DNA from: a virus
Lineage: Duplodnaviria; Caudoviricetes
DNA: 27,510 bases
Direction: 5' to 3' (one strand)
IMG/VR virus record: IMGVR_UViG_3300001914_000028
Span: 1 to 27,510 of that record
In this document: in pieces, positions 24,783 to 27,510 of the stretch
How positions within the stretch are numbered: position 1 is the stretch's first letter
How the letters are laid out: each line of letters begins with the position of its first letter
Made by a program: the position numbers and the translations under genes
Notes under the pieces: model-generated
Databases searched by the model: none
The model's input: only the letters and a program-made list of their open reading frames with translations
What the model was told of the DNA's origin: nothing

Positions 24783-24808
24783 GGGGGGCTGGGCGACCAG
24801 CCTCCCTT
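24783..24808 (+). terminator. GNRA-loop hairpin or weak terminator after the capsid gene
   Basis: GGGGGGCTGG-GCGA-CCAGCCTCCC-TT. Confidence 0.55.
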
Positions 24809-24831
24809 GCTGACAACCAGTGAGGAAGGAC

Positions 24832-25146
24832 ATGATCATTATCACCAGTAAGAAAGACGGCTTCCGTCGCTGCGGCATCGCCCATCCGGCAACGACGACC
24901 GAGTATCCGGACGACCGGTTCACCGAGGAAGAACTGGAAGTGCTCCGGAAAGAGCCCATGCTCGTGGTGCTCGAGGCCGCCGAAGCAGAGGCTGGCTCGC
25001 CCGCTACACCGACAGCGGCAAGGGCCAAGATAGCTTTTATCAGCAAGGTAGCCATCCTTGAGGAGTTGGAAAAGTTGGTCGAGGGCGAGACCCGCAAGGC
25101 GGTCCTGGATGCCATTGCGGCCCGCCGCCAGGAGCTGGAGGCATAA
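24832..25146 (+). CDS. Mu gp35 / HI1506-like protein
   Basis: MIIITSKKDGFRRCGIAH..FTEEELEVLRKEPMLVV. Confidence 0.85.
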   Translation: MIIITSKKDGFRRCGIAHPATTTEYPDDRFTEEELEVLRKEPMLVVLEAAEAEAGSPATPTAARAKIAFISKVAILEELEKLVEGETRKAVLDAIAARRQELEA

Positions 25147-25149
25147 GCC

Positions 25150-25584
25150 ATGCCCTACACGACCCTGACGAGGCTGCTGGAGCGGATGCCCGAAAGCGTG
25201 CTGATTGACCTGACTGATGACGCCGGTACCGGTGGCATCAACGAACAGGCGATCGACCGGGCCATCGCCGATGCCGACACCGAGATCGACAGTTATATCG
25301 GCCGGCGCTACGTCACGCCGGTCGTACCGGTGCCCGACCTGCTCGGTCGGCTTTCCCTGGATCTAGTAGCGGAGATCCTCTACGCCCGCCGGGCACATGC
25401 CACCACGCCGGAGGCGGTGACCAGGGCGGCCAAGACGGCCCGCGCCATCCTGGTGGACATTGCGGCCAACAAGGCCGACATCCCCGGACTCGCGGAAACG
25501 GACACCAGCGGCACCTCGGCCTGTGGCGCCAGTTTTGACGCCGACGAGCGGTTATTCACCCGGTCAACGCTGCGGGGGATGTGA
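25150..25584 (+). CDS. Head-tail adaptor (Mu gp36, DUF1320)
   Basis: LIDLTDD..AIADADTEIDSYIGRRY..P..L..DI. Confidence 0.88.
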   Translation: MPYTTLTRLLERMPESVLIDLTDDAGTGGINEQAIDRAIADADTEIDSYIGRRYVTPVVPVPDLLGRLSLDLVAEILYARRAHATTPEAVTRAAKTARAILVDIAANKADIPGLAETDTSGTSACGASFDADERLFTRSTLRGM

Positions 25585-25979
25585 TGCTGAAGACCCTCGG
25601 GGAGGCCATCAAGGCCCGGCTGGAAGGTTTGGAGGTATTCAAGGCGGTCGAGCAGGGGTTCAGCAAACGGGCGCTGCAATCCCCACCCTCTGCGGTTTTC
25701 TTCCTCTATGACGACGAGGAGGTGGCCAACAAACCGGTGACCCGCAAGCTCACCTGGGAGATCGCCCTGTTGGTCAGCTATCTGGATCAGGTCAAGGGGC
25801 AAGCCTTGATGCATGACCTGATCGACACGGTCCGGCCGGCATTCATTGGTTGGCTGCCGGTGACGGCGGGCTGCCTGCCCACAGCCGCGCCCCGATTCCG
25901 CTACGAGGGCGTGGAAGATACCCTCTTGATTTACACCGGCCGGGTGACCATGCAGGTCGTGCCGGAGAAGATCTTATAG
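25584..25979 (+). CDS. Putative tail completion/terminator protein (gp37 position)
   Basis: Synteny between gp36 and the tail tube; size and PSAVFF pattern. Confidence 0.65.
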   Translation: MLKTLGEAIKARLEGLEVFKAVEQGFSKRALQSPPSAVFFLYDDEEVANKPVTRKLTWEIALLVSYLDQVKGQALMHDLIDTVRPAFIGWLPVTAGCLPTAAPRFRYEGVEDTLLIYTGRVTMQVVPEKIL

Positions 25980-25982
25980 CTG

Positions 25983-26062
25983 GCTGGGGACAGGGATAGA
26001 GCAAGCTGGGGACAGAATTCAATTCTGTCCCACAGGAAGATTTAACGCTGTCCCACAGGAAG
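25983..26062 (+). repeat. Late-operon palindrome, copy 5, nested within a split outer copy
   Basis: Full unit 26000-26038 flanked by GCTGGGGACAG (25983-25993) and CTGTCCCACAGGAAG (26048-26062). Confidence 0.9.
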
Positions 26063-26096
26063 CTTAACAAAACGGCTGCAAGGCCAGGAGAAACCT

Positions 26097-26834
26097 ATGG
26101 AACGCACACAACAAGGCATGATCCTCGGTGGGGATCTGTACTTCGACTTTTTGTCCGCTGCCGGCGTCTCGACCGGCTTTGAACTGGTCGGCAACGCCAC
26201 CAAGCTGGTCCCCAAGGTCGAGACCGAGACCATCGACGCCAAGCTTAACGGCAAGCTCACCCTGGGCCAGACCGGCAAGTCCTACACCAGGATCTCGGAT
26301 GCCACGATCTCCTTCTCGATGAACATCTACGATCCCAAGATCGTGGCCGCCTACTTCATGGGCTCGGCGGTGGATATCACAGCGGCCTCCGGGGCCTACA
26401 CGGCGACGATCACCGGCATCCTCGACAAGTGGGTGGATCTCGGTCACCTCGACCTGACCACCTGCACGGTCAAGGATGCAACCGACACCACCACCTACGT
26501 TGCCGGCACCGATTACGAGGTCAACACCGGCCTGGGCATGATCAAGGTGATCAGCGCGGCCATTGATGGGGATGAACTGCACATCAGTGGTAACAAGGCG
26601 GCCCAGTCCGGGGTCAAGATCACCGGCGCCACCTCGCCGATCATCAATGTCGGCCTCTACCTCGACGGACGGAACTATGTCGAGGGGACAGACGTCAAGC
26701 TGCGGGTCTGGCAGGCCCAGATCCGGGCCGAGGGGGATTTTGACCTGCTTGCCCAGGGCGGCTTCCCCGAGCTGTCCTTTGCCGGCAAAATGCTGACCCC
26801 TGCCGGCAAGACGTCCCCGTTCGAACTGCGGTGA
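26097..26834 (+). CDS. Major tail tube protein (siphovirus type)
   Basis: GGDLYF..GNAT.L..YVAGTDYEVN..G.I; no sheath gene between gp37 and tape measure. Confidence 0.82.
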   Translation: MERTQQGMILGGDLYFDFLSAAGVSTGFELVGNATKLVPKVETETIDAKLNGKLTLGQTGKSYTRISDATISFSMNIYDPKIVAAYFMGSAVDITAASGAYTATITGILDKWVDLGHLDLTTCTVKDATDTTTYVAGTDYEVNTGLGMIKVISAAIDGDELHISGNKAAQSGVKITGATSPIINVGLYLDGRNYVEGTDVKLRVWQAQIRAEGDFDLLAQGGFPELSFAGKMLTPAGKTSPFELR

Positions 26835-26873
26835 TCTGACCGCCACAACCGTATTCCTTCATAAGGAGACACC

Positions 26874-27263
26874 ATGCAGAAAGTGAAAACCATCCAGATC
26901 GGCCCCCGATCCTTCACGTTGAAGGAATTGCCGGTGCGGGTGATCTGGGACCTGGTCAACAATGGCCAGGCCGGGCAAGCGACCGGCATGCTCGGCCGGT
27001 GCGAGGAGTTGCTCAAGCTGGCCTGCCCGGAACTGACCCAGGAGGTCCTGCTCGATCTTTACCCATCGGAGATCGAGGAGCTGTGGCAAGCATTCGAGGA
27101 GGTGAACGCCGCTTTTTTGGGGCTGATCCGCCGGATCGGGTTGGACACGGCCCTGATCGGGGCGGTGAGCGAGGCGATCGCGACTTCGATCGGGCAATTT
27201 GCGGCCTCATTACCAGCGGTCACGGTTCCAGGGTCTGGGACTACGGCTACGGTTTCTTCCTGA
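26874..27263 (+). CDS. Tail assembly chaperone (with probable -1 frameshift product ending at 27292)
   Basis: Between tail tube and tape measure; EEVNAAFL with T TTT TTG at 27113-27119. Confidence 0.78.
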   Translation: MQKVKTIQIGPRSFTLKELPVRVIWDLVNNGQAGQATGMLGRCEELLKLACPELTQEVLLDLYPSEIEELWQAFEEVNAAFLGLIRRIGLDTALIGAVSEAIATSIGQFAASLPAVTVPGSGTTATVSS

Positions 27264-27292
27264 CCGCGCTTTCAGCTTTAACGGGCGATTAA

Positions 27293-27510
27293 ATGGGCAA
27301 TCAATCCAAGGTTGAAATCATCCTCTCGGCGGTCGACCGGGGCTTGACCGCCGGTTTCAACCGCGCCCTGGGCAGGATCAAGTCCTTTGTCGCCGGGGCC
27401 AGGGAGGCGGAAACCGGCGTCATGGGCCTGACCGGGGCGGTCTCAGGACTGCTCGGCCCCCTGCTGGGGGCGGTGTCGGCGGCGGCCGGCTTGCAGAAGC
27501 TGGTGGGGGT
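27293..27510 (+). CDS. Tape measure protein, N-terminus (truncated by window)
   Basis: MGNQSKVEIILSAVDRGLT.., Ala/Gly-rich, open to the window end. Confidence 0.85.
   Translation, partial: MGNQSKVEIILSAVDRGLTAGFNRALGRIKSFVAGAREAETGVMGLTGAVSGLLGPLLGAVSAAAGLQKLVG

Larger units (their letters stand above)
692..27510 (+). mobile_element. Mu-like transposable prophage with non-contractile tail, left part; left end approximate
   Basis: Gene order repressor / ner / MuA / MuB / gemA / mor / lysis / terminase / DUF935 portal / F / G / I / T / gp36 / tail. Left boundary tentatively placed at TGT 692, where the sequence turns AT-rich after the tRNA terminator. Confidence 0.93.

Noticed and set aside
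15790-26062. CRISPR or integron attC interpretation of the late palindromes
   Set aside because: Spacing is 470 bp to several kb across core virion genes; no integron integrase or attC box structure is evident.

Overview
The first ~670 bp are host chromosome: the 3' end of lon, a promoter, tRNA-Val(TAC), tRNA-Asp(GTC) and an intrinsic terminator. The rest is the left ~27 kb of a Mu-like transposable prophage that runs off the right edge of the window. It carries an S24/XRE repressor, a Ner-like gene, a DDE transposase (MuA-like), an AAA+ ATPase (MuB-like), small early genes, GemA, a Mor/C activator, accessory genes (PAPS-reductase family, two reverse-strand envelope proteins, Rha), a GH108 endolysin, terminase, portal, gpF, gpG, protease/scaffold, major capsid, connectors, a sheath-less tail tube, a tail chaperone and the start of the tape measure gene. 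The most notable signals are non-coding. (1) A complete type II hammerhead ribozyme at 7679-7781, whose 3' end is duplicated around the next gene. (2) A ~230-nt antisense RNA candidate with its own promoter, a four-way junction and a kissing loop, between gpF and gpG (21215-21479). (3) A P1 C4-type antisense switch upstream of rha. (4) Five GGGACAG..CTGTCCC palindromes at late-gene junctions. (5) A possible anti-SD small RNA in the late leader. At protein level, the major capsid has a signal-peptide-like leader and four proteins carry beta-clamp-like motifs. All product calls come from motif recognition and synteny; no database searches were run.
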